Positions 25,930 to 39,955 of a stretch of 64,000 nt of DNA are shown piece by piece. Both the position numbers and the translations under genes were made by a program. Under the pieces are notes generated by a model. It was not told the DNA's origin. It saw nothing but the letters and a program-made list of their open reading frames with translations, and made no database searches. Each line of letters opens with the position of its first letter. Position 1 is the stretch's first letter. Source of the DNA: Octopus vulgaris (Eukaryota); contig OX597815.1 of NCBI GenBank assembly GCA_951406725.2, positions 169,818,001 through 169,882,000 on the forward strand, in the 5' to 3' direction.

Positions 25930-26240
25930 TATTGGTTTCAAATTTCAGTACAAGACCAGAAAGTTCTGGGGAGGAGTAAGTCGATTGCATCGACCCCAAT
26001 GCTAAACTGGTACTAATTCTATCGACACCGAAAGGATGAAAGGCAAAGTCGACCTCGGCGGAATTTGAACTCAGAAAGTTAAGACGAACGAAATGCCTCT
26101 AAGCATTTTGCTGGGCGTGCTAAAGATTCTGCCAGTTCGCTTTAATAAAAATCCTTTCTACTAGAGGCATAAGGCCCGAATTTTTGTGGGAGGGGATAAG
26201 AATTTCGCCTGGCGTGCTAACGTTTCTGCCAGCACAAAGC
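25930..26240 (-). mobile_element. SINE family A fragments
   Basis: Family A core. Flanking direct repeat aggccctatatattg at ~25920 and ~26246. Confidence 0.8.
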
Positions 26241-26869
26241 CTTGGAGGCCCTATATATTGATTGAAACGAGTAGAAGACTAAAAGAATATAGTCTCGTTA
26301 GAAGAAGAATCTGTTCACAGACTAAACGATAAGCTGTTTATATTTTCTAATGCTTTGTAGAGATAGTAAGGAGAAATAATTTGTTATATATTCTATCTAT
26401 GAGAACTTCGACTGAAGATACATAGTCATCTGTTTGATCTGGAGAGGTTCGTAAATATTTGGTTTATAAAGGAGTCAGCAAATTCGATATGCACTTTTGA
26501 TTTTCTATATTCGATTAGTGACATCCAGAACGAGAAGGAAGCAGTTTACGCGTCACAGAATTACTGTCTGAGAAATCTTCCATTATCAATCATTTCTTTC
26601 ATACCACTAACATTTCTTAACATCTCTAGTCCAGCGTCCGATATTAGCTTATAATTGTGTTAAAAACCTGACCGTATGGATTTCCCGCATTAGCATAAGG
26701 TCACGTAATTGTGCAAAAGACGTGATGTTGATTAAATTGATCCCATTACATGTCTAGTAATTATATTATTCAATCTGGAGGGGTAAAAGAAAAAATTCAG
26801 TCGCAACAGGCTTTTGAACTGGGAACATGAAGGAACATCTCTTAACACACCAAAGTATTCAGTTCAACA

Positions 26870-26919
<50 letters not shown>

Positions 26920-27048
26920 TTGTTTTGCGAGATTCCTGATATGAAATCGTGTGTTGAAACGGATGTTGTTACATTTTTAGGGACTGTCATATTTTTGTGC
27001 CAAATAACCACACGCACTATATACACGTTTTTCCACATCAACTTTATT

Positions 27049-27123
<75 letters not shown>

Positions 27124-27602
27124 TTAGTGTCCTTTGTATGAAATCTCTCGTCACACATCATGTGACCTCTTCAACGACTCTTCATAAAGATTTCAGTCAA
27201 AGGACACTAATATAAGAATAATAATAAAACTGAAGTGAACAACGAGTATATAGTACTTGTGGGTATTTGGCATATATATATATATATATATATATACTTT
27301 TATTCTTTTATTTCTTTCAGTAATTTGACTGTGCCCATGCTGGAGCACCGCCTTTAGTTGAACAAATCGACTCCTTCTTTGTAAGCCTAGTACTTATTCT
27401 ATCGGTCTCTTTGGCCGAAGTGTGCGCGCACACCTATGAGTGAGTGGGCGAGCAAAAGAAAAGAACTTTCAATACATTTCCTAGGGCTTACATGTATTAT
27501 TTAAAACAATATTGTTCGGTCCTCTGAGACTTAAAGTTTTGCAGGCACCTAACTGGAGCCACCTCCTTTAGGCTTCAGATTGCCGGCAATCAAACTGTTT
27601 TA

Positions 27603-27654
<52 letters not shown>

Positions 27655-28569
27655 TATGTATATATATCCTTATGTATATCCGTAGCTCCACCATAACAGC
27701 CTTTTGTTTCATTGACTTGCAAACAAACCAACACATGACATTAATGGATTGAGTACTTTATTTGATATCTTCCCTATCATGGTTTTAGAACAATGTTACT
27801 TTTCTTTACAATATTGTTTATTTATGTGGTTTGCCTAAAGCGTTAAAATCATATTTACTAAGTTTTCAATCTCAAGGGGATGACAGAATCATCGATAAAA
27901 TCAAAATATATGCTCTTCCCTTCAAACATTTGTGATTAGATAAATGAATTATGTCAGTAGAAAGTGAAGTATATTTGTCATGATTAATATGTTCTCCCGT
28001 TGATCTATTGATAGCTGCTGAAATACTGATTGCTGTATGTTTATTTCTAAACATGGACAGAAAGTGAAATCTAGATGTTACCTAAGGTAGATATGAAATC
28101 GATTATTGGCTGAATATTATAACTGATTGGAATTTATTTGTTGGAAGTGCAGACTCAAGTTACATCAGTTCGTGTTACGTGTTTTTTCGACTTTACGTCG
28201 TATTTCTTCTATTAAAGACATTACATCGGTCTCAGCGAGCGTATTTAAAAGTGTAAAATTAAAACAAAAAAGAAACAACCTAAAAACAAATACTGAAGTC
28301 GAAAATCAAATAAAATTACATGTAAAAAATATGCACAAACCATCTGTTAAAACAGATATAAGTTAATAAATTTCTTAAATGATTTTTGGTGATACAACGT
28401 TTTTCGAATTAAGTCGAATGTCTTGGAACCAGTTACTAGCGTAAGTTGAGGTACGTCTATATTTTGTTTTGTTGCAAGATGACAGTTTGTTTAGCAGGGA
28501 ATTATTTCTCTGCAGAAAATTGGAGAAAGAGAGAGTATTAGGATGTGTAAGTAGGAGAGGTATTAATGG

Positions 28570-29000
28570 CTTCTGATTTAGACGTGGCTAACAATTTTCA
28601 AGGAAGAGGTTAGTCGATTCCGTTGAATCCCGCACTTGACTGGTACTATATTTTAACGACTACAAAAGGATGAAATGGCAAAGCTGACCTCCGCGGAATT
28701 TGAACTTAAAACGTAAAGAACCAGAAGAAATACTGAAAAAAAAACCCCAAAACATTTTTTACGACGCTCTAACGATTTTCCAAGCCACCTTAAGAGAGAT
28801 GCTAGTCTCAAATTTTTGCAGAAGGTCATCAAGTTCGTGAATAAATTGATTACATCGACCCCAGTGTTCAACTGGTACATATTTTATTGACCACGAAAGG
28901 ATGAAAGGCAAAGTAGGCTTCGGTGGAATTTGAGCAGAGAAACTAAAAACGATCGAAGTGCTGCTAAGTATTTTACCCGGCGTGCTTATGATTCTGCCTT
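28570..29000 (-). mobile_element. Two diverged SINE family A copies
   Basis: aaaggatgaaa(t/g)gcaaag..ggaatttga core appears twice. Confidence 0.7.
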
Positions 29001-29016
29001 AAGAGAGAGATAGTAA

Positions 29017-29345
29017 CTGTGAAAATCCATATATATCCAGCCTGTAGAGGAAGTCCCTCAACGAAGAACGGTGCTTACCATGCGTTGATAAGAGGCAAAT
29101 ACCTCGAAACCGGTCCGTATGTAGTATCCGTATCTTCGGGGAGGCTGATCTCCCTTTGCAGGCTGGCAAGGACACCGAGATGGTGTCAGCCCTTCTGGTG
29201 ACGTTGATGATCGCCTGGGGCTAAATGCATCAGTAACACCCCCACTACCCCGCCCTGTACCTAGCCACATTCAGATGGCTGATCCTCCTTATGTTATAGA
29301 GCAGTTACTGTTTATATCTCGCTCAGAGATTTATTATTGTTGAGT
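29017..29345 (+). mobile_element. Divergent copy of the 360-bp retrozyme-like family
   Basis: Colinear with the reverse complement of the 2805-3165 unit, in a different circular permutation. Contains the hammerhead at 29062-29138. Confidence 0.8.
29062..29138 (+). ncRNA. Type I hammerhead ribozyme, U3-A8 core variant, extended stem I
   Basis: CGAAGA-ACGG..CATGCG / TTGATAA / GAGG-CAAATA-CCTC / GAAAC-CG-GTC / CGTATG..CCGT-A-TCTTCG. Predicted cleavage after 29115. Confidence 0.8.
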
Positions 29346-29705
29346 AACAAGGCTATTTAACGGGAAAACTAAGCCTAATTAAAATACTTGTTGAAGATTT
29401 TCTGATGACATTGAAGGAAAACAAATTTGTATTTACTAATAATATGCATTGTGGCGGCACATGGCCTAGTGGTTAGAGCAGCGGACTGAGTGAGATTTTA
29501 TTGTTGTTTGTAGCAGAGTGAGTGACCATGGGGGTGGTCTTACATATTGGTTCGTTCTTCAAGAGTTATTACAGTTGCCAAACATGCCATTAATCACTCA
29601 ATGATTGGAGTACCAAGTTTTGCATTAATTTTGGAGGACTAATACTATAATGGAGACAGCTAAATTTAAGATAAAACGGAATCCAAGGATGCTAGTATCT
29701 ATCTA

Positions 29706-29801
<96 letters not shown>

Positions 29802-30255
29802 CCCATGATTGTATCTGTCCACCAGTCTGTCTAATTTATAAAGTTCAATCGTTAAAACGTTTGAATCATAATTATTTATGTAAATATTCTTTCATATATA
29901 TATATGATATATAACATATATATGCAAATATTTATAGAGATTATTTTAGATCTTAATTATAATATTTATATACATTCATATATTTTCATTGATAATTTAT
30001 ATATATTAGTCATTTTAAATATTTATGTAATTAGATATAGACTAATATTGATATTAGATTATGAGTGGGTTTCCTACCTTATAAATTAAAATTAATATTT
30101 AACATTATAGTCGATTTGGATATAATCATAATTGTTAAGTTTTATGTCTCCAATTTGATAATAGAGTTTATTATAAATAAAATTATTATATTATATATAT
30201 CATTTATATCTTTAAAATATTGTTTAAATATTTCTGATTATATTTTAGATATTTA

Positions 30256-30323
30256 AATCACCTGAAGAATGACTGTAACTCGAAATTTTAAGAATTCGAC
30301 AGCCATGAAACGATCGTAGTGTT
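30256..30323 (+). ncRNA. Type I hammerhead ribozyme
   Basis: CAC / CTGAAGA / ATG-A-CTGT..CGAA..TTCG-ACAG-C-CAT / GAAAC-GATC-GTA / GTG. Palindromic stem III ACGATCGT. Lies in an AT-rich tract ending at (TA)n. Confidence 0.65.
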
Positions 30324-30453
30324 ATACTAATTATCTTTTTTTAATAATTTTGATATATAGTTAAAATAATATGAATTAATTGATCTTATGTATTGGCTTA
30401 AGTTTTTCATTGTATGATTTGCCTGATAGTGGTTTTATCTCTAATTTAATATA

Positions 30454-30513
<60 letters not shown>

Positions 30514-30857
30514 CATACATGCATAATACACATACATACATACACAGATGCACGGATACAGAAACACAAATGTTTGTACGCCAAACTCTCGCAATCACGC
30601 ACACGCCGTATAAGAGAAACAATTATACATACGCAACGCGCACAACGCTGATCTAAATGATAGCCTGGTGGTTTTTTTATGGGTTGCAATTGTTTACTGA
30701 GGAAATTTCCCAGTAGATACATAATATCGACGTTTCATACATATGCTCATACATATGTGGAGACATCAGAACACACACACAGATAAATATGAACAAATAT
30801 ATATATGCACATAGATATGTTTTATATATGTGTGTGTGTGAATGTATATATATATTT

Positions 30858-30859
<2 letters not shown>

Positions 30860-30911
<52 letters not shown>

Positions 30912-31027
30912 ATATACTTATATATGTTTATATATATTTTATATACTTATATATATATATACATGTATATATATATTTATAAACATATATATGTATCTCT
31001 TTCTCTCTCTCACTCTCTACATATAAA

Positions 31028-31092
<65 letters not shown>

Positions 31093-31206
31093 CATATATA
31101 TATGCATATATATATATATATGCATATACATATATATATATATATATATGCATATATATATATATATGCATATATATAAATATATATTCATATATATATA
31201 TATGTA

Positions 31207-31265
<59 letters not shown>
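30860..31265. repeat. (TA)n-rich compound microsatellite
   Basis: Read directly from the sequence. Confidence 0.95.
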
Positions 31266-31267
<2 letters not shown>

Positions 31268-31574
31268 ACGCTATTAAACACACAAAATATACAAAACTCA
31301 ACTACAATATCACATGAATATATAACCGGCGTTTATTTAGGTTAAACATTCTCTTGACGTTTTTGAATGAGGAATAAAACACTCACGCGCACTCGCACAC
31401 ACAAACACACATGAACGCATACACACACACATGCGCGCGCGCACTGCATTATCAAATCAAACAGCAAAAAATAATAATTCCAATAACAAACATCAACCAA
31501 GCCGTTATAAATGTCGCATTGTGGAGGAAGAGCACCGGTGGTGGCGGTGTGCTCGTCGCCGACGTGCTGTTGGT

Positions 31575-31632
31575 GTTTGTGGTGATGGTGATGATGATGA
31601 TGATGATGACGATGATGATGATGATGGTGATG

Positions 31633-31711
<79 letters not shown>

Positions 31712-31963
31712 CAGAGGAGATGGTGGTGGTGTCGGTGGCGGCTCATTTGCAGCTGAGGAATGAAGTAATGAGGCTTGTGTAAGTGTACGATGCTGGTGCT
31801 GATGATGGTAAAGACGACGACGATGATGATGGTGACGATGATGGTAATGAGAAATGCGATGATGACGATGATGATGTTGTTGATGATGTTGTTATTGTTG
31901 TGGTAGATGGTAACGTTGACGATGATGATGGTGATGATGATGATGGTGATGATGATGATGGTG

Positions 31964-31995
<32 letters not shown>

Positions 31996-32614
31996 GGTAA
32001 TAATGATGATGATGGTGGTGGTGATAGTGGTGGTAATGATGATGATAATGATGATGATAACGACGACGACGATGATGATGGTGAAGATGACAATAATGAT
32101 GATGTTATTGTTGATGATGATGATGATGATGATGATGGTGGTGGTGATGGTGGTGGCGATGATGATAACGACGGCGATGATGGTGATAATGAAAAATGAT
32201 CATGACGATAATGATGATGATGACGATGATGATGATGACGATGATGATGATGATGATGGTTGCCATGCTAAATATGAGTTCAATAATGATGAAGATGAGC
32301 GCAATATTGGTGTAGGCGGTATCGATGAATTGTCGTTATTTTTTTTCATGTTGTTACCTTTGTCGTGAAACGTGATGATGACGACAATAATAATGATGAT
32401 GATGATGATGATGATGAGAAAGAGGAGAAAGAAGAGGATGGTAATGATGATGATGATGATGAGAAAGAGGAGAAAGAAGAGGATGGTGATGATGATGATG
32501 ATAATAATGATGATGAATTGTTTAAAAAGATAAATAAAAATGAGGCAGTATTGTTGGTGTTGATGCTTGAAGGTGTTTCCTATTTTTGTTGTTGCTGTTG
32601 CTCACAATGATGGT

Positions 32615-32647
<33 letters not shown>

Positions 32648-32674
32648 GATGGTAATGATGATGACGACGACGAC

Positions 32675-32706
<32 letters not shown>

Positions 32707-32761
32707 CGATGATGATGACGATGATGATGATGGTGGTGGTGGTGGTGGTAGTGATGATGAC

Positions 32762-32795
<34 letters not shown>

Positions 32796-33468
32796 AGAAT
32801 GACGATGGTGATGATGATGATAGTGATGATGACGATAGTGATGATGATGACGATGATGATGACGACGACGATGACGACGACGATGATGATGATGATGATG
32901 ATAATGAAGATGACAACAACGATGACGATGATCATGACGACGACGATGGTAAAGATGATGATGATGATGATGATGATGATAATGACGATGGTGAAGATGA
33001 TGATGTTGATGATGATGAAGATGATGATTATGATGTAGATGATGATGATGATGATGATGATGGTGGTGATGAAGACGGTGGTGGTGTTGATTATGTGGTA
33101 TTGTAAGATCAGAGAACGAATGTATATACGGCGATGGCAGTGCTGAATAAATATTGAGGTTCTTGTGATGTTGTGGTTGTTGATCTTGTTGTTGTTGAAC
33201 GCCAGATCAGTCTCTATCCGTAACTTTCCCATCTTTTCATAGAATGTCTACCGTATCTGTATATTTAAGACGGTACAGAGTGTAGTCTGAGAGGAGAGGA
33301 GATTTTTGCTGCTCTTTCTAACAGATCGAATGACTGCGTTGAGGTTCTTCTCGTCGGTTCGATATTTGTAGTTATTTATGATGGTGGCGGTGGCGGAAGG
33401 CGCTGCTGCTGCTGCTGCTGCTGCAGCTGTGGATAACTTTGATAATGATGATGTTGATGTTGCTGCCC

Positions 33469-33513
<45 letters not shown>

Positions 33514-34034
33514 GTAATGGTGATAATAATATTGACACTGTTGCTGTTTCTGCAGCAACAGCTGTAGCAGCAACAGCAGCAGCAGCAGCAGCAGCAGCAA
33601 CGACAGCAGCAGCAGCGACAGCAGATGATGATGGGGATGATGATGATGGGGATGATGATGATGGGGATGATGATGATGGGGATGATGATGATGGGGATGA
33701 TGATGATGGGGATGATGATGATGGGGATGATGATGATGGGGATGATGATGATGGGGATGATGATGATGGGGATGATGATGATGGGGATGATGATGATGGC
33801 GATGATGATGATGGCGATGATGATGACGGCGGCAATGATAATGATGATGATAATAATGATGATGAGGATGATGAGGATGATGAGGATGATGATGATGATG
33901 ATGAGGATGAGGGTGATGTTGGCGACGGCGATGGTGATTATCGTGACGACGACAACGACGACAATATTGATGATAGTGTTGTCACTGCTGCTGGTAATGC
34001 TAACGAAAATGACGTTGCCGACGGTCATGAGAAC

Positions 34035-34068
<34 letters not shown>

Positions 34069-34200
34069 TGGTGATGATATTGATGATGATGAGGATGACA
34101 ACGACGATGACTACGATGACGATGATAATAACAGTGGTGATAATAATGGAAATGCTAACGATGATGATGACGACGACGACGACGACGTCAATATGGTGAC
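31575..34200. repeat. ~2.6-kb (GAT/GGT/GAC/GCA)n compound trinucleotide domain, including a (GGGGATGATGATGAT)n 15-mer array at ~33625-33830
   Basis: Read directly from the sequence. Source of the poly-D/M/S/H/I ORFs. Confidence 0.9.
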
Positions 34201-35114
34201 ATGACGGTAGTAAAGATTGCACTACCAATCTATCGCCAACTGCCAAAATTGACAAAAAGAAAGGAATATAAAAAAACCCCAGAAAAACGGAACTAAAGAA
34301 AACAAAAAAACCATCGAAAAACAAAAAACCCAAAACAAGAAAAATGGTTAAAAGAAATTCCACCAGAATATGTAAGTGCAACTAGTCGCTATTGTATGCT
34401 ACATTTGAACGGCAAACGACTTCTAATCAGAGCGCCTCTCAGGAATATCTCAGTAAATAGACGACAGGTATGTAAATCGTGATGCGACAGACTGTTGACT
34501 GCAACTTCAAACTCAGAAACTAATGACCAAATCAGATAGAGTGTAGTAGCATCGATGTGTAACGAGGTGTATGTACGCTAGCAGTTTGAGAGGGAGGCGT
34601 AGCGTAGAGAGAGAGAGAGAGAGAGAGAGAGCTAAAGCGAGAGTGAGTAGAGAGAAGAAGAGAGAGAGTAAGTAGAAACAGAGAGAGGGGGAGAAACAGA
34701 GAAAGAGGGACGGAGAAAGAGCGGAGGGAGAAATGGTTGCTCACACACACACGCACACACACACACGCACACGCACGCACGCACGCACGCATGTGCATAC
34801 ATGCAGACACACACATACGAAATTATACATATATGTAATATAAAGTGTATATATATGTTTATCCTCTGTCTGTATGTATGCATATATGTATGTATGTGTA
34901 TACACACTCACACACACACACATATATATACAAAATTACTTATAGATATAAATAGATACATACATATATATATATATATGTGCATATGCATATGTATGTA
35001 TATATATAGTATATATATATATATATATATACATGTGCATATACAAATATGTATGTATGTATGTATATATCTATCTATATATATATATATATATATAATA
35101 TATATATGTATCTA

Positions 35115-35165
<51 letters not shown>

Positions 35166-35239
35166 TATATATATAGAAGGAGTTTTATAGGATAGTACTG
35201 TATATATATAAATCTTCAGGAAGCTATTATAATGAAACA

Positions 35240-35350
<111 letters not shown>

Positions 35351-35443
35351 ATATACATATACACACACACATATAAATATAAATATATAAATATAAATAT
35401 ACACACACACATATATGCATACCTCTATACACACACACATATA

Positions 35444-36641
35444 CACGATACGGTAAATAAACTGTCGTCTGAATTACGCAAAAATGAAAATAACACTGAC
35501 ATCTCATTTTAAGAGATATATTTACCGAAATTACATAAAAATATCATGAAATACTAAGGAGTAGAAGTATTCAATAAAATCGCCACTGGCTTCAATCACG
35601 GCCTCCAGACGACTTCGGAATCACCTGCAACTCATCTTTGGTGTTACAAGGAGTTTTGTTGGTCTCTCGCTCAACTGCGCCCAACATATAATAATCAAGG
35701 GAGTTACTATCTGGGGAGTTAGGTGGCCAGGTGTTAAGGGTGATGTGGTCACAGAAATTGTCTCACAGCCATGACTGGGTCCTCCTCTCTGGGTGGCATG
35801 GTGCAGAGTCCTGTTGCCAGACATAGAGTCTTCCAGCAACCACCCTCTTGTTCAAGGGCAGCACTACTCCTCTAGGCACTTGATGCAGGCCTTCTCTTGA
35901 GTCTGTGGCCGTGTGGGAAGATGAATGGAGGCATAACATCGCCATCACTAGTGATCACACCAAACAACATGATGTTGATTGGATGTTTGATTTTTTATCA
36001 GTCTCAGTACATGTTTTGGGGACACGACAAGCCAACGGTTGTTCTGTGTGTTCAACATCTGATCCTGGCAGAAACTTTTGGGTTGGAGGGGATGCTTGAG
36101 TTTATTCAAAAGCTTCGTCACGCGGTCTTTTCTCTTATCCTTGATGACTTGGGATGAACATTGTCCCTGCCTGATAAGAAATTCAGACACTCCCATGATC
36201 CTGGCGATGACCCTCATTGACTTGGAGGGATCGTCGTCAATCATGGACTGGATCTCACCGAGAAATTGGGAGTTCTTTTCTTATCAGAATTATCAGAGTG
36301 AGTTTTCTGAGCTGCCATACCTTCATAATCATCATTGGACTCATCCAACTCTTTCCGAATCCTCTACATTGTCCTCACATTGACACCCAAGCACTCCGAA
36401 ATGTTCGTATTGAAGTAAATAACCATAATTAGGTTTGACACATATATTCATATATATATACATATATGTATACATACATATACTTACATCTCTCTCTATA
36501 TAGAGTAGATTGCGTCATAGTGTTGTTTTTCTCACAGACGGTGCCCAACTGACCCTACTATACTGTGTAGTCGACAAAAGTAAAAACAAGCAATGCGCAT
36601 GCGTGAAATTAAAGTTGCGACAATCTACCTATCGCACCCTG
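35444..36641 (-). pseudogene. Decayed, internally deleted maT-like (DD37D-type) Tc1/mariner-superfamily element
   Basis: Minus-strand motifs IDDDPSKSMRVIAR, VWQQDSAPCH, WPPNSPDSNSLDYYMLGAVERETNK. Degenerate TIRs near 35444-35467 and 36615-36641. Confidence 0.8.
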
Positions 36642-36657
36642 TGTGTATGTGTGTGTG

Positions 36658-36752
<95 letters not shown>

Positions 36753-36757
36753 GTATG

Positions 36758-36840
<83 letters not shown>

Positions 36841-36947
36841 AGGTATTGATGTAAATAACCATAATTAGGTTTGGCACATACATTCATATAAACATACATA
36901 TACATACATATACGTATACATACATATACTTATATATATACATAAAT

Positions 36948-36993
<46 letters not shown>

Positions 36994-37211
36994 TTATATA
37001 TAAGACAGAGAGGTAGACACATATAACTACATATATTCAGAAAGATAAACACACACACACCCACACATATGCGAAGACATATTTTCCCAAAAAAGAAGTT
37101 ATATCAGATTCGTGTTTCGAGATTTTGGGAAAATAATCCAAGATTCGATAATGTGTGTGCGTGAACGCGCTTATAGCTGCGTGTGTGACTGTGCGTGGGT
37201 TGTTGTTGTGG

Positions 37212-37288
<77 letters not shown>

Positions 37289-37801
37289 ATATTGTTATAA
37301 CAAAAGCAGCAGAAAAAAATTTGACTGAATTCATAGACATGAGCGTTTTCACAAGGAAAAGGTCGACAACCTTTTCTTTGTTAAAATAATGCGCTCAAAC
37401 TGACACACGCACATACACAGACAGACACACACACTCAAACACACAGAAAGACATGCACACACATATATGTGTGTGCATGTACAAACATAAATATATTCGA
37501 GTATATACTGTACACACGCATGTATATATACACACATACTGTATACACGCATATATATATATATATTCTTTTATTCTTTTACATGTTTCAGTCTAATAAC
37601 TGTGGCCATGCTGGAGCACCGCCATTGTGATTATCTTTCCACTTTCCTCATTTGTCGGAGCGGCTTTTGGTGAAGGATGGAGTTCGATGCTACTGCCCTC
37701 TTTTGAGTTTCTTGCTTAAATATTGGCTCATCCGGGATGCACACATACGTAGATGCATACATACACACACGCATACAAACAAACATACATACATACGTAC
37801 A

Positions 37802-37833
<32 letters not shown>

Positions 37834-37940
37834 AACAAACATACATGTACACGGCACCCACATCTATATAAAGACAAAGCGAGAGAGAGAGAAAGAGAGA
37901 GAGAAGAGAGATAGATAGATAGGTAGATAGATAGATAGAT

Positions 37941-38005
<65 letters not shown>

Positions 38006-38272
38006 GACACGGAAAAAAGTGATGGATGAGTTAATATGCATACAACCGGCGAATATTTGGCGGATTTATATCTCAAGTATGAAGTCCGATAGTCATACCA
38101 ATTATTGGTGATAGTAACCTCGAAGTTTCACAAAGTTTAAATGAAAATGCATACTCTCGACGACACTTCGAAAACACTGTCAATAAATTTACACACACGC
38201 ACACACCTACACACACAGAGCAAACATCTACACACACACACACACACACGTATATCTATATGTATGTATATG

Positions 38273-38304
<32 letters not shown>

Positions 38305-38605
38305 TGTATGTATGTATGTATGTATGTATGTATGTATGTATGTATGTATGTATGTATGTATGTATGTATGTATGTATGTATGTATGTCTATCTTCTATCT
38401 TTAATCTTTTATTTGTCTCAGTCACTAGACTGGGGCCTTACTGTTGCATCGCCTTGAAGGGTTTAGTCGACCACATTAGCCCCAGTATTTATTGTTTTCC
38501 AAGCCTAGTACTTATACTATCGGTCACGTTTTGCCGAACCGCTAGTTACTGGGACGTAAACAAACCAACATGTACATAATATATACATACATATATACAT
38601 ACATA

Positions 38606-39045
38606 CTATTGCACTGAGGTCTCTTCTTGGAGACAGGGTAACCATGTACTCCCACTCCTCTCAGTCATGGTCGGGTCGTCAGCAATTAAACCGGCTCCCC
38701 TCTTGGTTCAGCTTGCTGGATCTTGGAGGAGTGTGTGGGGGTACCCGTCAGAACTAAAAACAAGATCTGTTCAAACAAGGGCACAGGAGCGCTGTCCTTG
38801 CCCCTCACCACACCAAGCTAAGACTCCAACATTGGATCAAGCGGAGGAAGCTAGATCTCCGAACGATTGAACTTAGCAGAAGCGGGTGATGCCAGACGAA
38901 TCGGTTAGAAAGGCGCTACTCTAATGACATTGGAGTTAGCAGCATTCCGTTGCAACTCATCTTCCGGAACTCGCATCTCACATTAGGTAGTGTCGCAACA
39001 GAAGGATTTTGGGCCTCGCCGACAAGGAATCTCTACCCTAAACAA
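38606..39045 (+). mobile_element. GC-rich structured insert, probably the 5' UTR of a non-LTR retrotransposon
   Basis: GC island between microsatellites with several hairpins and an HDV-like nested fold at 38640-38732. Confidence 0.45.
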
Positions 39046-39100
39046 ACATGCATACATACATATATCTATATATACACACGTAAATTATATATATATATAT

Positions 39101-39306
39101 AGTTAATCCAAACATGAAAACACAAACAGAAAACACAACAACGCGAGGACGTGGAACAAATATAGTATTATTGGACGCTCAGAAAGGAAGGAAAGAAGGA
39201 GGGTTTAACGTTTCGAGCGGAGCTCTTCGTCAGAAACATGCGAAAAGGAAAGATCCAAAGAAGGGAAGACGGAGGAAATAATCGCCAACAGTACCCACGC
39301 GGTCGC

Positions 39307-39308
<2 letters not shown>
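39101..39308 (-). mobile_element. PLE pseudo-LTR with minimal hammerhead (39203-39237)
   Basis: Minus strand: GTTT / CTGACGA / A-GAGC-TCC-GCTC / GAAAC-GTT / AAAC. Flanked by (TA)n on both sides. Confidence 0.75.
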
Positions 39309-39393
<85 letters not shown>

Positions 39394-39574
39394 TGTATTT
39401 GGTTTGCAAGATTCTTTATGTAAATTCGTGTGTTGAAGTATATTTTGTTGTCTGGGGAGATTCATTCTGTTTTAATGCCTTATTAATCAACAGAGTGTTA
39501 ACAACTATTGTAGAGGTTGCAAGAAGCATACATACATGTATAGTGTGTGTGTATATATATATATATATGTATAC

Positions 39575-39611
<37 letters not shown>

Positions 39612-39614
<3 letters not shown>

Positions 39615-39815
39615 TCTTTTACTTGTTTCAGTCATTTTGACTGCGGCCATGCTGGAGCACCGCCTTTAGTCGAGCAAATCGACCCCGGGACTTATTCTTT
39701 GTAAGCCCAGTACTTATTCTATCGGTCTCTTTTGCCGAACAGCTAAGTGACGGGGACGTAAACACACCAGCATCGGTTGTCAAGCAATGCTAGGGGGACA
39801 AACACAGACACACAA
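39612..39815 (-). mobile_element. SINE family B tail
   Basis: Reverse complement of the family B 3' half. Confidence 0.85.
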
Positions 39816-39839
39816 ATACACACACACACACATACATAC

Positions 39840-39955
<116 letters not shown>

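Noticed and set aside
31783-34199. Poly-Asp ORFs resembling acidic biomineralisation proteins
   Set aside because: They derive from (GAT)n, are open in several frames, lack a signal peptide and are fragmented by stops.
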